From Octopus bimaculoides (taxonomy: Eukaryota), in NCBI RefSeq assembly GCF_001194135.2, contig NC_068985.1, positions 108,856,072-108,892,655 of the forward strand: a stretch of 36,584 nucleotides of DNA, read 5' to 3'. Made by a program: the position numbers and the translations under genes. The notes under the pieces were generated by a model. The model saw only the letters and a list, made by a program, of their open reading frames with translations, was not told the origin of the DNA and ran no database searches. Positions 34,814 to 36,584 of the stretch are shown piece by piece; positions within the stretch are counted from its first letter, which is position 1, and every line of letters begins with the position of its first letter.

Positions 34814-35625
34814 CGTGGGGTACCCAAAAGTAACCGGAAACAGCCTCTGAGGGACAAACCCGTTCTAGCTCAAGCTTCCGCCGCAAGAATCCAGTTGATG
34901 CAACCCTTGGACATCGATTTAAGTCGTACTACTATGTGGTGTGTCTTTGTTTTGCAATGTTTCTCCCCTCTTCATTGATTTTTGGGATGGCTGAGACGAA
35001 GGACAGTGCACATCCATGAAATTCTGTTCTCTGCTGGGGGAAACGGCGGCTGAAAGAGTAGATAGGCTTCAAACAGCTTACAAGGACGTTGCTATGAATC
35101 AAACACTAGTTTACGAGTGTTTCCACTCTTCAGGAATGGTCACTTGTCACTTGAAGAACAACCTCATCCAGAGTGACCGTCGATTTCCTGAACAAATGAA
35201 AACGTTCTGAAAATTCGCGCACTCATCTTGAAGAACTGTCACCAAACAATTGACGAACTTGTCGATATGTCTGGTGTATCTTGGAGCTCCTGTCAACTAA
35301 TTTTGAGCGAGGAATTGCATGTTGTAAACTGAAAGAACAGTTGAAAGTTGATCTAGACATTTATTGGAAAGTCTTCACTAGTGAGGAAAGCAGCTGCAAC
35401 GGAATTTGCAGGTGTGGAAGTCTTGAAGAAAAAAACGACGGAAGCGTCAAAAGGTATTACTTCGCAAGATTTCCAGCACTGCTGGAAAGCGAATACTGCA
35501 AAGCGAGCCTGGACCGATGCATTTCTTCAAATGAAGAATATTTCATGGCAATAAAAGTGTAAACATGTAAAACTAAGTGAGTAAAATATTGGAAAATTCC
35601 GGTTTCTTTTCGGGAGCTCCTGGTG
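34814..35625 (+). mobile_element. Internally deleted mariner-type transposon (~810 bp) with degenerate TIRs and TA target-site duplication
   Basis: TA|CGTGGGGTACCCAAAAGTAACCGGAA ... TTCCGGTTTCTTTTCGGGAGCTCCTGGTG|TA. Translation MKFCSLLGETAAERVDRLQTAYKDVAMNQTLVYE.F...TNENVLKIRALILKNCHQTIDELVDMSGVSWSSCQLILSEEL (mariner HTH domains) and C-terminal KKKTTEASKGITSQDFQHCW; most of the DDD domain is missing. Confidence 0.85.
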
Positions 35626-35641
35626 TATAATTTGTATGTAC

Positions 35642-35717
<76 letters not shown>
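35642..35717. repeat. (GA)n microsatellite
   Basis: Seen directly. Confidence 0.95.
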
Positions 35718-35721
<4 letters not shown>

Positions 35722-35780
35722 ATATATAACCGAACAGAAGTTTGTTTATAAAATAATTTGGTTAATACTTTGTATATATA

Positions 35781-36090
35781 GGCGTGGCTGTGTGGTAAGA
35801 AACTTGCTTCCCAACCACATGGTTTCAGTTTCAGTTCCGCTGAATGACACCTTGGGCAAGTGTCTTCTACTATGGCCTCGGGCCAACCAAAGCCTTGTGA
35901 GTGGATATGGTAGACGGAAACTAAATAAAAACCCGTTGTATATATGTGTGTGTGTTTGTGTGTATTTGTCTGTCTGTGTTTGACACCCCTCCCCATCACT
36001 TGACAACCGCTGTTGGTTCTGGGGTCGATTTGTTCGACTAAATGCAGTGCTGCAGCATGGCCACAGTCAAATGATTGAAACAAGTTAAAG
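35781..36090 (+). mobile_element. tRNA-derived SINE, family A, with internal deletion
   Basis: Head ggcgtggctgtgtggtaagaaacttgcttcccaaccacatggtttcagtttcagttcc (A/B-box-like), caccttgggcaagtgtcttctact (CORE-like), tail ggggtcgatttgttcgactaaa...cagcatggccacagtcaaatgattgaaacaag. Confidence 0.85.
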
Positions 36091-36584
36091 AATATATATA
36101 TATATATATATATACATTCAAATGTATGTATGTATGTATGTATGTATGTATGTATGCATGCAGTCATGATTGTTTTATTTTTTTCTAAATCTTCTGTAAC
36201 TACAGAAGCTGAGACTATAGTAGGTTTCCCTTTCACAGTTTAACATTGAATATGCCGCAAAGGACATGCAGTTCTAAGTACTAGCTAATTGTCAGCCGAT
36301 TTAAATATTAGTCACATAGTATAATAATTATGTATGCATGTATGTACTATGTATCTATGCTTCTATCTATGTATCCCCATATCTACCTATTTAACTATAT
36401 GAAAAGCAGTGTATATATATATATATGAGAGACCAAAGTGTATATATATAAAAAAGAATACAAAAATGGGACAACATCCAGATAGTTAGATGATACAAAA
36501 AAGGGATACAAAAAAGAGAAAGAAAAACAAGGACGTGTCATCCGGAGTCAGTCTGGATGTTTAGCGTTCTTGTTCCATTTTTTG

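Noticed and set aside
35781-35850. tRNA-like A/B-box sequences here and at the other SINE heads
   Set aside because: No complete cloverleaf; they continue into multicopy SINE bodies.

Overview
AT-rich, microsatellite-dense eukaryotic draft sequence with 12 N-gaps; gene and repeat content indicate an octopus (coleoid cephalopod) genome. The one confidently supported gene is an intact 6-exon S-crystallin (GST-sigma-derived lens crystallin, 215 aa) on the + strand, CDS 19752-30394. All its introns are GT-AG, it has a TATA+Inr core promoter, and a symmetric 30-nt exon 4 encodes the crystallin-specific loop. The ORF track misses it because the exons are short. The rest is mainly decayed mobile DNA: R4/Dong-clade LINE fragments (a 5'/RT half at 3.6-5.8 kb and a cluster of 3' ends nested in AAT microsatellites at 14-16.7 kb), a minus-strand Ty3/Gypsy remnant, three Tc1/mariner remnants and about four tRNA-derived SINE families. 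The most intriguing unexplained signal is a chain of 19-61 nt exon-like units with good splice sites at about 0.95-2.34 kb that splice into an open frame; this is a hypothesis only. No prokaryote-type systems, CRISPR arrays, rRNA or genuine tRNA genes were seen. Family names and literature comparisons are from recall, not from database searches.
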